The notes under the pieces are model-generated. The model worked only from the letters and a program-made list of their open reading frames with translations. It ran no database searches and was not told where the DNA came from. 64,000 bases of DNA. It comes from Planctomycetota bacterium. GTDB lineage: Bacteria > Planctomycetota > UBA1135 > UBA2386. The DNA is taken from NCBI GenBank assembly GCA_046290465.1, contig JBKAGP010000001.1, positions 896,001-960,000 on the forward strand, written 5' to 3'. Made by a program: the position numbers and the translations under genes. Shown piece by piece: positions 8,732-18,108 of the stretch (position 1 is the first letter of the stretch; the number at the start of each line of letters is the position of its first letter).

Positions 8732-10399
8732 CTACTTGCGCTCGAGCTCGTCGGCGAGCTTCTTGGCGCCGTAGATCTTGCGCAGCGACTCGATGATGAT
8801 CGCCGGGTGCACCGAGACCGTGCGCGACACCTCGTCGTCGAAGACGTAGTTGTTGCCGAGCATCTCGATGTTGCCGTCGAACACCAGACCGATGACGTTC
8901 TGGTCCTTGTCGATCATCGGCGAACCCGAGTTGCCGCCGATGATGTCGCAGGTCGCGACGAAGTTGAACGGCGTGCGCAGGTCGAGCTTCTTCTCGGCCT
9001 CCTTCCACGCGTTCGGGATGTCGAACGGGTGCTCGTCGCCGAACTCCGCGTTGCGCGCGAACAGCCCGTAGAGGGTCGTGAAGTGCGGCGCGACGGTGCC
9101 GTTGTAGTCGTAGCCCTTGACGACGCCGTCGCTCAGGCGCAGCGACATGGTCGCGTCCGGCGGGATCGAGTTGCCGTAGACGGCAAAGCACGCCTCACCG
9201 ATCTGCTTCTCGATCTCCTTCTCCTTCGGGCCGAACTTCGACTCGACCTGGTTGAGGTTGGCACCGCCCTTCAGCGCCTGCACCTTCTCGCTCTGGATCT
9301 TGGCCATGCGATCCCAGGCGTCGCCGTACTTCTCCTGCAGCTCCGGCTTCTTGGCGACCTCGGCGCGCAGGTCGGCCTCGGCCTTGCGCTTGATGGCCAT
9401 GACGCGCTCGTCGCTGAGGCCGTCGAGGTAGCCCTGCAGCGCCTTGCGCGAGTTCTCGTAGCGCAGGATCGTCGAGCGCTGCGCCTTCTCGAACGCGGCG
9501 TCCTCGGCGGCGCGCGCCTTCATGCGCTTGATCGCGCCCTCGTACATCGGCACCAGCGTCGAGTAGTAGTGATCGCGCATGAACTCACACTGCGCGAACG
9601 TCTTGAGGCGGCCGGTCCGGCCCGGGTTGCCGGTCACGAACACGAGCTCACCCTTGTCGGCGCCCTCGGTGCGCCACTTGAAGCAGTGCTCCTTGCTGTC
9701 GACCGGCTTGCCGTCCGCGTCGTAGGCGCGCAAGAACGTGAAGTCGAGCCCCCAGCGCGGGTAGCAGAAGTTGTCCGGGTCGCCACCGAAGTGCGCGGCC
9801 TGGCCGTGCGGCGCGCACACCAGCCGCAGGTCCTCGTACAGCTTGAAGCTGTAGAGCTGGTAGTTGCCGCCCTGGTAGAGCGCGATCACCTGGTGGTAGA
9901 GGTCCGGCTGCGCTTCCTTGGCGGCCGCCAGCACGGCGTCCTCGCCGTTGGCCTTGACGTCGTCGGTGACGTCCTTCTGGCCGACCATCTGCGACACCAG
10001 CAGGCCCGGGATCTTGATCTCGCCCTCGTAGCTGCCGGCGTAGAAGCCGTCCTTCAGCCAGTCCGCTTCGCCCTGCACGCTGACGATGCCGTCACGCGAG
10101 CAGTGGTGGTTGGTCATCACCAGGCCGTGCTCGCTGACGAACGACGCCGAGCAGAAGTAGCTGATGTCGCCACCGTCGCGCTTGCCGAGGCGCAGCGACG
10201 ACAGGCGGGCGTGGTCGAGCCACTCCTTCGACGGCTGCCAGTCGTAGGCCTGCTGGAACCAGCCCAGCGGCGCAGCCTCGAAGGTCCACATGCGGCCCAG
10301 TTCCTTGCGGGTCTGGGCTTCGAGCGCCGGCGCGGCGAGCAGGCCGGCGAACGCGAACAGGAGCGCGCGGGCTCCCCCGGATCGAACAGAGATCTTCAT
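8732..10399 (-). CDS. S46-family dipeptidyl peptidase (compact, 555 aa; Gly at the S1 position, DPP7-like)
   Basis: Signal peptide, GRMWTF, CSASFVSEHGLVMTNHHC, DNFCYPRWGLDF, GNPGRT, PDATMSLRLS, DIIGGNSGSP, FDGN. Confidence 0.9.
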   Translation of the reverse strand: MKISVRSGGARALLFAFAGLLAAPALEAQTRKELGRMWTFEAAPLGWFQQAYDWQPSKEWLDHARLSSLRLGKRDGGDISYFCSASFVSEHGLVMTNHHCSRDGIVSVQGEADWLKDGFYAGSYEGEIKIPGLLVSQMVGQKDVTDDVKANGEDAVLAAAKEAQPDLYHQVIALYQGGNYQLYSFKLYEDLRLVCAPHGQAAHFGGDPDNFCYPRWGLDFTFLRAYDADGKPVDSKEHCFKWRTEGADKGELVFVTGNPGRTGRLKTFAQCEFMRDHYYSTLVPMYEGAIKRMKARAAEDAAFEKAQRSTILRYENSRKALQGYLDGLSDERVMAIKRKAEADLRAEVAKKPELQEKYGDAWDRMAKIQSEKVQALKGGANLNQVESKFGPKEKEIEKQIGEACFAVYGNSIPPDATMSLRLSDGVVKGYDYNGTVAPHFTTLYGLFARNAEFGDEHPFDIPNAWKEAEKKLDLRTPFNFVATCDIIGGNSGSPMIDKDQNVIGLVFDGNIEMLGNNYVFDDEVSRTVSVHPAIIIESLRKIYGAKKLADELERK

Positions 10400-10479
10400 C
10401 TTGGAACGCCGCAGTCTACGCACGCTCCGCCGCGGTCGCGAAAGGCACCCCGCGCAGATCCCTGGAAAAACGGGCCCGC

Positions 10480-11640
10480 TCAGCCGCCGTGCCGCCCCGG
10501 ATCGACTCCGCGCGGCGCATCCGCCACCGGCAGCGCGGCCTCCCGCAGCAGCGGCAGGTGCACGACCACGCGCGTGCCGCGCCCGGGCTCGCTGTCGACC
10601 TCGACGCTGCCGGCAGCCGCGTCGACGATCGAACGCACTGTCGCCAGCCCGAGCCCGGTGCCGTCCGGACGGGTCGTGTAGAACGGCTCGAACGCGCGAT
10701 CGACCTGGGCCCGGTCCATGCCGACACCGGCGTCGACGACCTCGAGCCGCGCCAGCTGCGGGCCGTCCCCGGAGCGACCGGTCGGCGTGACCAGCACGCG
10801 CACCACGCCACCATCGGCCATCGCCTGCGCGGCGTTGCTGACCAGGTTGACGACCAGCTGCTCGAGCCCGGCTTCGGGCAGTTCGACGCGGCAGCTGACC
10901 ACGTCGACGCGCACCGTGACGCGCGGGCCGACCAGCAGCGTCAGCAGCGGCTCGAGACGATGCACGACGGCGGCGACGTCGACGCTGCCGCCGCGCTCGG
11001 TGCCCGCCGCGAACCGCAGCAGCTGCTCGGTCCAGCGCGTGACGCGATCGACCGCGGCGCGGATGCCGCCGAGGTGTTCGCTCGCCGACGGCACCGCGGT
11101 GCAGTCGAGTTCGAGCAGGTCGGCGCTGCCGTTGACGACGGTCAGCATGCCGTTGAGGTCGTGCGCGAGCCGGGCGGCGTGTTGGCCGAGCACCGCCAGC
11201 CGTTCGGCGCGGCACAGGCCCTCGGGCAGCTGCTCGCGCTGCCGGCGGTCGCGCCACGCGCACGCCATCCAGCGACCGTCCGGACTCAGCGGCGTCAGCT
11301 GCACCTCGACCGGCACCAGCCGGCCGTCGGCGCCGACGTGGGTCCAGTCGAACCGGTAGTGGCCGCTGCGCGCGGCCATCGCCAGCACCTCCTGTGCCTT
11401 CTCGTCAGAGCGCCGGCCATCGGGCTGCCGCTCGGGAGACAGGTCGACCGGCCGGCGCGCGCGACCCTGCGGCAACATCTCCTCCTTGTCGCGGTAGTCG
11501 AGCAGCCGCGCCGACGCGCGGTTGCCGTCGACGAAGCGGTTCTCGTTCAGGATCAGCAAGGCCTCGGGAGCCTCGTCGAACACACGGCGGTACAGATCGC
11601 CGGACGAACCGGACCAGGAAGCGACGTCAGTTGGGACCAT
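10480..11640 (-). CDS. PAS-domain sensor histidine kinase (no receiver domain)
   Basis: PAS region (DLSPERQPDG, FDWTH); H-box AHDLN; N-box NLVSNA; G1 DAGVGM; F-box FEPFYTT; G2 GTGLGL. Confidence 0.85.
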   Translation of the reverse strand: MVPTDVASWSGSSGDLYRRVFDEAPEALLILNENRFVDGNRASARLLDYRDKEEMLPQGRARRPVDLSPERQPDGRRSDEKAQEVLAMAARSGHYRFDWTHVGADGRLVPVEVQLTPLSPDGRWMACAWRDRRQREQLPEGLCRAERLAVLGQHAARLAHDLNGMLTVVNGSADLLELDCTAVPSASEHLGGIRAAVDRVTRWTEQLLRFAAGTERGGSVDVAAVVHRLEPLLTLLVGPRVTVRVDVVSCRVELPEAGLEQLVVNLVSNAAQAMADGGVVRVLVTPTGRSGDGPQLARLEVVDAGVGMDRAQVDRAFEPFYTTRPDGTGLGLATVRSIVDAAAGSVEVDSEPGRGTRVVVHLPLLREAALPVADAPRGVDPGRHGG

Positions 11641-11742
11641 CAAGCGCGGGCGCGGGAAACCTCTCACTCTGGGGGCAGGCGTCGCGCAACGCGTTCGGGC
11701 CAACGGAAATTCCAACGAACTCCGATCGCGACGGAACGCGCG

Positions 11743-12960
11743 CTACTCGGCGATCACCGTCAGGTCGTTGACGAACCGTTCGCTGACCTCGAGGCACTCG
11801 CGCAACTCGGGGTGGCGCACGACGATCCAGCCGTCCCCGACGACGACCTTGCGCCAGTCGCGGCGCGGTTGGCCGATCGGCGTCAATTCGATGCTGGCGA
11901 CACAATCGCCGTAGCGACGCATCAGCCCGCGCAGGCCGCGGTGCTCGCGCACGATGCCGTCGCCCTGCGCGCGCTTGAAGATCATCGCGGCGTTGTACTT
12001 CTTGCTCGTGTCCTGGCTCAGCCTGCCGAAGCAGGTCGCCTCGGCCCAGCCGGTGAACAGGTCGATGTCGGCGGCGTAGTTCATTGCGTGCACCAGCCGC
12101 GCGCCCGGCGGCCGGCCGCCGATCTCGCCGAAGACCGCCTCGCCGGCGTCGGTCCGGAACCACTCCATGTGGGTGAAGCCGGTGGTGAAGCCGAGCGCCT
12201 TCAGCACGCCGTGGCCGAGTTCGACGCCGGGCCGCGGGAACTCGTGCTCGATGTCGCGCAGCACGATGTTCTGCATCGAGATCCACGGGTTCTGCGCCAG
12301 CACCATCGGCTTGGGGCGGTACCACGCGACGTTGTCGAACAGGATCCGGCCGTTGGCGCAGACCGTGTCGTAGGTCAGCTCCTCGCCCTCGATGAACTCC
12401 TCCACCGACAGTTCGTCGACGTGCCGGGTCTTGTGCAGCGCCTGCTCGAACTCGTCGCGGTCGTTGCAGCGGTAGGTGTCCTTGCTGCCGGCGCCGTCGA
12501 TCGGCTTGACGATGGCCGGGTAGCCGACCCGCTCGACGACCTCCCAGGCCTCCTTCATGCTGCGCGCGCGGCCGTGGCGCGGCACCCGCAGGCCGGCCGC
12601 CTCGACCGCCTGCTTCATCGACTCCTTGTCGCGCACGACCGCCGTCTGGGCCTTGTTCATGCCGGGCACGTCGAACGTCTCGCGCAGCGTCGCGGCCAGG
12701 TACATCAGCCGCTCCCACATGCACTCGACCCGGTCGATCGACTTCCCGCGCAGCCAGCCGCGGATCTCGTCGACGACCGCCGCCTCGTCGCCGAACGACC
12801 GCACCTGCAGGTAGTCGGTCAGGCCTTCGCGCGCCTCCTTGGGCAGCGCCTGCACCGGCTGATCGCCGACGCCGTAGACCTTCGCGCCGACCTGCGCGAG
12901 GCCGCGCACGAACAGCGGCATCTCGGCGGGGAACCCAGGACTCAGATAGACGACATTCAT
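11743..12960 (-). CDS. ATP-grasp domain protein (carboxylate-amine ligase-like)
   Basis: RDKESMK, GYPAIVKPIDGAGS, EEFIEG, THMEWF, EIGGRPPG, C-terminal VRHP. Confidence 0.85.
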   Translation of the reverse strand: MNVVYLSPGFPAEMPLFVRGLAQVGAKVYGVGDQPVQALPKEAREGLTDYLQVRSFGDEAAVVDEIRGWLRGKSIDRVECMWERLMYLAATLRETFDVPGMNKAQTAVVRDKESMKQAVEAAGLRVPRHGRARSMKEAWEVVERVGYPAIVKPIDGAGSKDTYRCNDRDEFEQALHKTRHVDELSVEEFIEGEELTYDTVCANGRILFDNVAWYRPKPMVLAQNPWISMQNIVLRDIEHEFPRPGVELGHGVLKALGFTTGFTHMEWFRTDAGEAVFGEIGGRPPGARLVHAMNYAADIDLFTGWAEATCFGRLSQDTSKKYNAAMIFKRAQGDGIVREHRGLRGLMRRYGDCVASIELTPIGQPRRDWRKVVVGDGWIVVRHPELRECLEVSERFVNDLTVIAE

Positions 12961-12994
12961 GACCGTTCTCGCTGCCAGAGCTTGTGGATCGACA

Positions 12995-14242
12995 TCAACC
13001 GAGTTCGACGCGCACCGAACGCACCACCTCGTGCACGGCCTCGCGCACCAGGTCGCTGTCCGGGTGCCGGACGATCAGGTAGCCGTCGCCTTCGTAGGTC
13101 TCGGCCTTCGGCGCCCCGATCGTCGGCAGCTTCGCCTCCACCACCAGGTCGCCGAGCCGCTGCCGCACCTCGTCGAGGCCGCGCACCGCGCGCACCTGCA
13201 GCGGCTTGCCGGACGCGCGCAATGCGGCCGAAGCCTGGCCGCGCAGGTAGGCGGCACCGGCCGCGTAGCGACGCTCGGGCACCTCGAACTTCTCGAACAC
13301 CATCAGCTGCGCGAACAGCGCATACATGTCGACGTCGAGGCAGTGCCCGATCAGCGACACGAATTGCGCCCCCGGCGGCCGCGCGGCGACCTCGCTGATC
13401 GCGATCGTGCCGTCGTGGCGACGGAACCACTCCATGTGCGACATCCCCGTCCACATGCCGAGCGCGTCGAGCGCCTTCGGTCCGGTCCGGTGGATCTCGG
13501 CGAACTCCGGCCGCTCCAGTTCGCGCGGCAGCACCACGCACCACTGGATCCACGGGTGGTCCATGACCTCGAGCGGCGTCGGGTAGTAGCAGCAGATGTT
13601 GTGCAGCACGTGCTTGCCGTGCAGCGTCAGCGTGTCGAACGAGAACTCGCGGCCCTGCACGAACTCCTCGAGCAGCACCTCGCGGCCGGGCGCCGGCGCC
13701 ACCTGGCGCAGGAACGCGCGCAGCTCGCCCTCGTCGTTGCAGCGTGACGTCGCCTTGGCGCCCGCGCCGGCCGGCGGCTTGGCGACCACCGGGTAGCCGG
13801 AGTCCCGGCCAAACCGCAGCGCCTCGTCGACCGACGCGCACAGCCGGTAGCGCGCACACGGGATGTCGGCGTTGGCGAACACGTCCTTCATGCGCGCCTT
13901 GTCGCGGAAGTTGGTCGACGTGCGGCTGTCCATGCCGCGGATCTGCAGGTGCTCGCGGACCTCGGCGAGCGGCTCCTGCAGCGGCTCCAGGATGCCGAGC
14001 AGCCGCTCGACCCGGCCGAACTGCTGCTGCAGCCGCGCGACGGCGGCGGCGAGGTCGCGCGCCGACATGCCGTCCTGGACCTGCTCGAAGCCGACCAGCC
14101 GGGCGCGGAAGTCGGCCGGCAACCGCGAAGGCGCGTCCTGCGACACCACGCTCAGCTTCACCCCCGGCAACGCCGACGCCGCACGCGCGAAGCGCAGCGT
14201 GTTCTCCATGGCGAACGGGATCGCGAAGACGACGTGGACCAT
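12995..14242 (-). CDS. ATP-grasp domain protein (carboxylate-amine ligase-like)
   Basis: RDKARMK, GYPVVAKPPAGAG, EEFVQG, SHMEWF, EVAARPPG, VRHPD. Confidence 0.85.
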   Translation of the reverse strand: MVHVVFAIPFAMENTLRFARAASALPGVKLSVVSQDAPSRLPADFRARLVGFEQVQDGMSARDLAAAVARLQQQFGRVERLLGILEPLQEPLAEVREHLQIRGMDSRTSTNFRDKARMKDVFANADIPCARYRLCASVDEALRFGRDSGYPVVAKPPAGAGAKATSRCNDEGELRAFLRQVAPAPGREVLLEEFVQGREFSFDTLTLHGKHVLHNICCYYPTPLEVMDHPWIQWCVVLPRELERPEFAEIHRTGPKALDALGMWTGMSHMEWFRRHDGTIAISEVAARPPGAQFVSLIGHCLDVDMYALFAQLMVFEKFEVPERRYAAGAAYLRGQASAALRASGKPLQVRAVRGLDEVRQRLGDLVVEAKLPTIGAPKAETYEGDGYLIVRHPDSDLVREAVHEVVRSVRVELG

Positions 14243-14398
14243 CGGCGGCAGAAGCTAGGCGGCGGTGCCGGGAGTTGCACGAACTCTCCGCGCCATGGGC
14301 AGGGCCGCTCCGCGCCGCGGGTAGGGGCGGTCGCCCGCGAAATCCCGAGAAACCGTTGAGGCCGCGCCGGGCTTCCGACGCACGGACCGCACAGAACC

Positions 14399-15424
14399 AT
14401 GAAGCACCTCCCACTCGCCATCGCGGCCGCAGCCGCGCTCGCCGCCGCCCCCGCAGCCCAGAGCTGCGTCTTCCTGCCGTCGGACACCCCCGCCGTCGGT
14501 GCCCCCGACCCGCGACCGTTCGGCAACGGCAACGGCGCCGACCCGGTCTACGGCGACATGCGCTACCAGGTCCAGGTGCCGGCCGCCACGTTCGGCAACC
14601 AGCCGCGCCGCATCTACGAGCTGTTCGTCGCGCCGGCAGGCTCGCACCAGCGCACGTTCTCCGAACTGCAGGTTCGCATGGGCCACAACCCCAACCCCAC
14701 CATCAACCCGACGATGGTGTTCAACACGGTCGGCTTCACGTCGCGGCCGATTCAATACACCCAGTTCTCGTTCCAGGCCGACGCCGACGAGTGGGTGCCG
14801 CTCGGGATGGCGTTCCCGTTCGACTACGACCCGCAGTTCGGCGACCTGGTGCTCGAGTTCTTCGTGAGCGACGCCGCCGTCGAACCGGGCGGCACCGGCG
14901 ACTTCGGCCTGCGCACCGACCCGTCGATCCCGTTCGTCTGGACGTCGGGACAGGGCTACAACGGCACCGTCGTGCCCGGCGGCGGCATCAAGGTCCGCCT
15001 GTGCACGGACCACTACGGCACCGTCGAGTATCCGTTCGGTGGCTGCGTCGGCAGCAACGGCCTGCGCCCTCGACTCAGCTACTCCGGCTCGCCGCAGATC
15101 GGCTCGACGCTGCAGGTCGACCTGCAGGACGGCCCGCCCGCCAACGGCACGTTCAGCGTGCTGGTGTTCAGCGACCTGCCGCGCATCGGCCCGGTGGACC
15201 TGACCGGCATCGGCATGACCGGCTGCGACGCGCACGTGTTCGACGGGGTGCTGCTGACACGCTTCCTCAACAACGGCCAGGACTCGTTCCAGCTGCCGCT
15301 GCCGGCGACCCTGCCGGCCGGCCCGGCGATGTGGACCCAGTGGTTCTGCCTCGACCTCGCCGCCAACCCGTTCGGCCTGACGGCATCGAACGTCGGCCGC
15401 TTCATGATCGGCAACACCCCGTAG
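14399..15424 (+). CDS. Secreted hypothetical beta-rich protein with conserved-looking C-terminal domain
   Basis: Signal peptide MKHLPLAIAAAAALAAAPAAQ; strong codon bias; ends ...PAGPAMWTQWFCLDLAANPFGLTASN. Confidence 0.75.
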   Translation: MKHLPLAIAAAAALAAAPAAQSCVFLPSDTPAVGAPDPRPFGNGNGADPVYGDMRYQVQVPAATFGNQPRRIYELFVAPAGSHQRTFSELQVRMGHNPNPTINPTMVFNTVGFTSRPIQYTQFSFQADADEWVPLGMAFPFDYDPQFGDLVLEFFVSDAAVEPGGTGDFGLRTDPSIPFVWTSGQGYNGTVVPGGGIKVRLCTDHYGTVEYPFGGCVGSNGLRPRLSYSGSPQIGSTLQVDLQDGPPANGTFSVLVFSDLPRIGPVDLTGIGMTGCDAHVFDGVLLTRFLNNGQDSFQLPLPATLPAGPAMWTQWFCLDLAANPFGLTASNVGRFMIGNTP

Positions 15425-15433
15425 GTGCGCGGC

Positions 15434-18016
15434 CTACGGTTGGATCGACCGCACCGCGCGCAGCCCGATGCGCGCCGTGCGCTGCTCGGGTGGCGACGCG
15501 TTGCGCGCCGCGACCCGCGACAGCAGCCGCCGTTCGGCGAAGTCGCCGCCGCGCATCACCCGCACGGTCGGCGCGTCGTCGGCCGCGGGCCGTCGCAGGC
15601 CGTCGCCGGCGCGCACCGGCCGCACGTAGCTGACCAGCCAGTCCTGGCACCACTCGGCGACGTTGCCGTGGCAGTCGTGCAACCCGAAGCCGTTGGGCAG
15701 GAACGAGCCGACCGGCGCCGACAGCGCGAAGCCGTCGTCGAGGCCGGGCTCGAGCATCACCCGCAGGTGCCCGCGAGAGCCGGCGTCGGCGAGGTTCATG
15801 TGGCGGTCGAGCGGCGCGTCCGCGGCGACGCCGCCGAACACGCTGTGGCTGCCGGCGCGCGCTGCGTACTCCCACTGCGCCTCGGTCGGCAGCTGCAGGC
15901 CGCGTCGCCGCAGTGTGCGAACGGCCAGCGCGTAGGGGACCTGTTCGACCGGCCAGCGCAGGTCGGGGGCATGGCCGCGCGCGGTCTGCTGAGCCGTCAT
16001 CATGCTCGGCCGTTCGCCGGTCAGCCGCAGCCACTGGCCCTGGGTCACCTCGTGCTTGCCGACGAAGAACGGCGCCAGCGTCACGTCGTGCACGAAGCGC
16101 TCCATCGACGCCGCATCGGGGTCGATCGGGGCGGTGCCGCTGTGCTCGTCGCCGCGCTGCAGCGCCCCCATCGTGAAGCGGCCACCGGGCACCAGCACAA
16201 ACACCATGCCGCTGGCCTCGGCGACGGTGACGCCGTCGTAGCCGCCCTCGGGGTCGCGCTGCACGACCGGCCGTTCGCCGCTGCCGACGTGCCAGAATTC
16301 CCACAGCCCGCTGCGCGGATCCTGGCCGAGCGGCACCAGCCCGACCTGCGCGCCGGGCAGCTGCAGGCCGCCGTAGCGCGGCGAACGGCCGGGGTCGGCG
16401 ATCGCGGCGATCGCGGCGCTCCAGTCCTCGGCGTGCTCGCGCAGCGAGACCCGGCCGATCCGGTGCGCTTCACGGCGTCGCAGCAGCACGCCGGCGATGT
16501 TGTCGTCGTGCGGTTCGCTGGCGACCAGGTGCTCGATGCCGGCGAGCAGCCGCCGCAGCACGTCGCGCTGGTAGCGCAGCTCCTCCTGCAGTTCGACGTC
16601 GGGCTCCGACTCGGCGCTGCGCTCCAGTTCGTCGGCGCGCCGCTGCAGGTCGTCGCGGCGCGTCAGCAGGTGCTCGGCGCGCTGCTGCCATTGCTGCATC
16701 GCCGGCTCGGTCGCCGGCCACGGCGGCCACAGCCGTTCGCGCGCATCGGCGCGCAGATCGGCCAGGCGGTTGTCGTCGACCAGCCGGCGGTAGTCGTTCC
16801 AGTTGCGGTCAGCCTCGTTCCACAGCACCAGCAGCGCGACCAGCGACGCCAGCAGCAACAGCACCGCTCCCGCGGCGATCGCCGCCGGCACCCGATGCCG
16901 CCGCAGGAAGCGCCGCGCGACGTAGGCCAGCGTCGGCGCACGCGCGGCCACCGGCAGGCCGGCACGGGCCCGCTGCACGTCGGCGACGAACTCGTGCACG
17001 GTCGCGTAGCGCCGCTCGGGGTCGCTCTCGAGCGCCTTCAGCACGACCTGGTCGAGGTCCGCCGGCGCACCGGCGATCGCGTCCTGGTGCTGCGAGGGCC
17101 GCCGCAGCGGCGCCGCCCAGGCGTCGTCGCCGCCCTCCCCGGTCGCGCGGCCACGCGGCAGGGCCCCGGTCCAGAGCTGGTAGAGCACGGCGCCGAGCGC
17201 GTAGACGTCGCTGCGCGCGTCGGCCGACGCGGCGTCGCGCGCCTGCTCGGGGCTCATGTAGCCGGCCGTTCCCATCGCGACGTCGCGCTGCGTGTGCAGC
17301 GTCTCGTCGTGCTCGCCGCCGCCGAGCACCCGCGCGATGCCGAAGTCGATCACGCGCGGCTCCGTGCGTTCGCCGTGCTCGACCACCAGCACGTTCGACG
17401 GCTTCAGGTCGCGGTGGATCACGCCCTTCTGGTGCGCGTGCTGCACCGCCTCGCAGACGCCGGTGAACACGTCGAGCCGCAGTTCGAGCGACGGCTGCCG
17501 CTGCGCCACCCAGTCGAGCAGCGTGACGCCATCGACCAGGTCCATGACCAGGAACGGCCGGCCGTCGTCGGACACGCCACCGTCGAGCACGCGGGCGATG
17601 TTGGCATGCTCGAGCCGGACCAGCACCCGCTGCTCGGCCTCGAAGCGCGCTCGCTCGGGACCGGCGGCGAGGTGGCCGCGACGCAGCACCTTGACGGCGA
17701 CCTCGCGGCGCACCGGCTGCAGCTGCTCGGCGCGGTAGACCCGCCCCATGCCGCCCTCGCCGAGTTCGGCGAGCAGCCGGTAGCGGCCGAGCACCTCGCC
17801 GATCACCGCCGGCGCCCCGCCCAGCGGCGTGTGCAGCGGCGAACGCAGCGCGTCCTGGGTCGTGGCGCGGTCGGCGGCCAGCAACCCGAGCACCTCGGCG
17901 GCCAGCGCCTCGTCGCCGGCCGCCTCGCCGCGCACGAACGCCTCCCGCTGCGCCGCGTCCCGTTCGACGGCGCGGTGGAACAGCTCGGCTACACGTTCGC
18001 CATCCGGCAGCGACAT
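15434..18016 (-). CDS. Ser/Thr protein kinase with a TM segment and C-terminal FGE-sulfatase (SUMF1-like) domain
   Basis: LGEGGMGRV, VAVK, HRDLKPSN, IDFG, GTAGYMSPE; TM segment AGAVLLLLASLVALLVLW; FTMGA, RLPTEA-like QLPTEAQWEYAARAG, PNGFGLHDCHGNVAEW, RGG, RIGLR. Confidence 0.9.
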   Translation of the reverse strand: MSLPDGERVAELFHRAVERDAAQREAFVRGEAAGDEALAAEVLGLLAADRATTQDALRSPLHTPLGGAPAVIGEVLGRYRLLAELGEGGMGRVYRAEQLQPVRREVAVKVLRRGHLAAGPERARFEAEQRVLVRLEHANIARVLDGGVSDDGRPFLVMDLVDGVTLLDWVAQRQPSLELRLDVFTGVCEAVQHAHQKGVIHRDLKPSNVLVVEHGERTEPRVIDFGIARVLGGGEHDETLHTQRDVAMGTAGYMSPEQARDAASADARSDVYALGAVLYQLWTGALPRGRATGEGGDDAWAAPLRRPSQHQDAIAGAPADLDQVVLKALESDPERRYATVHEFVADVQRARAGLPVAARAPTLAYVARRFLRRHRVPAAIAAGAVLLLLASLVALLVLWNEADRNWNDYRRLVDDNRLADLRADARERLWPPWPATEPAMQQWQQRAEHLLTRRDDLQRRADELERSAESEPDVELQEELRYQRDVLRRLLAGIEHLVASEPHDDNIAGVLLRRREAHRIGRVSLREHAEDWSAAIAAIADPGRSPRYGGLQLPGAQVGLVPLGQDPRSGLWEFWHVGSGERPVVQRDPEGGYDGVTVAEASGMVFVLVPGGRFTMGALQRGDEHSGTAPIDPDAASMERFVHDVTLAPFFVGKHEVTQGQWLRLTGERPSMMTAQQTARGHAPDLRWPVEQVPYALAVRTLRRRGLQLPTEAQWEYAARAGSHSVFGGVAADAPLDRHMNLADAGSRGHLRVMLEPGLDDGFALSAPVGSFLPNGFGLHDCHGNVAEWCQDWLVSYVRPVRAGDGLRRPAADDAPTVRVMRGGDFAERRLLSRVAARNASPPEQRTARIGLRAVRSIQP

Positions 18017-18108
18017 GCGCACGAGCTTGCCGCATGCCGCCGCCGCGGCCAACTCCCACCCGCGACCGGCCCTTCCCGAGCCTGCTGCCCGATGATCCAA
18101 TCCCCGCG

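Noticed and set aside
10489..13398. Very long antisense or alternate-frame ORFs (this one and e.g. 28116-31592, 42667-46257, 54288-57434)
   Set aside because: They are Arg/Ala/Gly/Pro-rich shadows expected at high GC, overlap recognisable genes, and carry no motifs.
15434..16300. FGE-sulfatase domain as a diversity-generating retroelement target
   Set aside because: No reverse transcriptase and no adenine-variant template repeat were seen in the window.
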